Shown one piece after another: positions 63,440 through 64,000 of a stretch of 64,000 nt of DNA. Made by a program: the position numbers and the translations under genes. Every line of letters begins with the position of its first letter. The stretch's first letter is position 1. The stretch is from assembly GCA_000708835.1 (NCBI GenBank), contig DF237132.1, positions 1-64,000 of the forward strand. Reading direction: 5' to 3'. This DNA is from Klebsormidium nitens (Eukaryota; Plantae; Klebsormidiophyceae). The notes under the pieces are model-generated. The model was not told the origin of the DNA. It did no database searches and saw nothing but the letters and a program-made list of their open reading frames with translations.

Positions 63440-64000
63440 TCGGCTCTCTTTCATCTGAGACAGCATGTATTCCGGGCAGAGTCTCTGATGAACTTCGAAG
63501 TGGTAACGTTGAGGACTAGGGAGTAGTGTTGCCCGACATGTAGGCAGGCAGCACCGACAGGAAAGGCCTCACTCTGCGGGGGTAGGAAGCGCGTGAGTCT
63601 CGCCGTTCGATGTAGCAAAGTGTGTTGCGGGCTTTACGGGCCAGAAGAACAGCACTCAAATAAGGCTCGCTGGCAATCAACCGGCTAAAGCGCTCCTCCA
63701 CATCATCCTCGCTTTTGTGAATGCAACGCGTAATATATGGCCAGGTGCTAGGTGCATAGCTGGTTGCGCTCGATGTGATGTTCTCATCACCTGCCAGATG
63801 ATTTAGTCATATCGAATTTAAGCTATCCCGGAGCCCTGATTGAGTGCCTGCGTATGCACCTTAACTAAACCTCGTATAGGCAGCGATATACCGGTAGCTA
63901 GTGTGACATGACGGTCAACCACCTGTGCACACTCCCGACAGCGGCGAGTGTGCACGCACGTTCACCTTAAAAAATTTGTGTTTCATGTAAATTGACTTGG

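Overview
Eukaryotic, intron-rich nuclear DNA (GT-AG introns, GC-rich exons). Gene content (RUS3, multi-exon PPR, plant-type SHAGGY kinase remnant, Root_cap family, plant-type formamidase) points to a streptophyte green alga, probably Klebsormidium-like; this is an inference. About 13 protein-coding loci can be reconstructed by hand-splicing: a truncated gene at the left edge, a repeat-containing putative mitochondrial protein, a minimal SET/post-SET protein, an FMP32/CCDC90 protein, RUS3, DCAF4-like WD40, an EsV-1-7 repeat protein, a large PPR gene, an intronless bacterial-type RNase HII, formamidase, L-rhamnose mutarotase, SAP30BP-like, and a secreted GDPH/Root_cap protein. There is also a GSK3/SHAGGY pseudogene fragment. 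Non-coding structure includes a ~500-bp near-perfect palindrome between formamidase and rhaM, a TA-flanked MITE, a nested MITE pair carrying telomere-like CCCTAA units, a GTAC cluster and many intronic tandem repeats next to splice sites. No rRNA, tRNA or CRISPR array is supported. Family assignments come from recalled motifs, not database searches, and exon coordinates were counted by hand.
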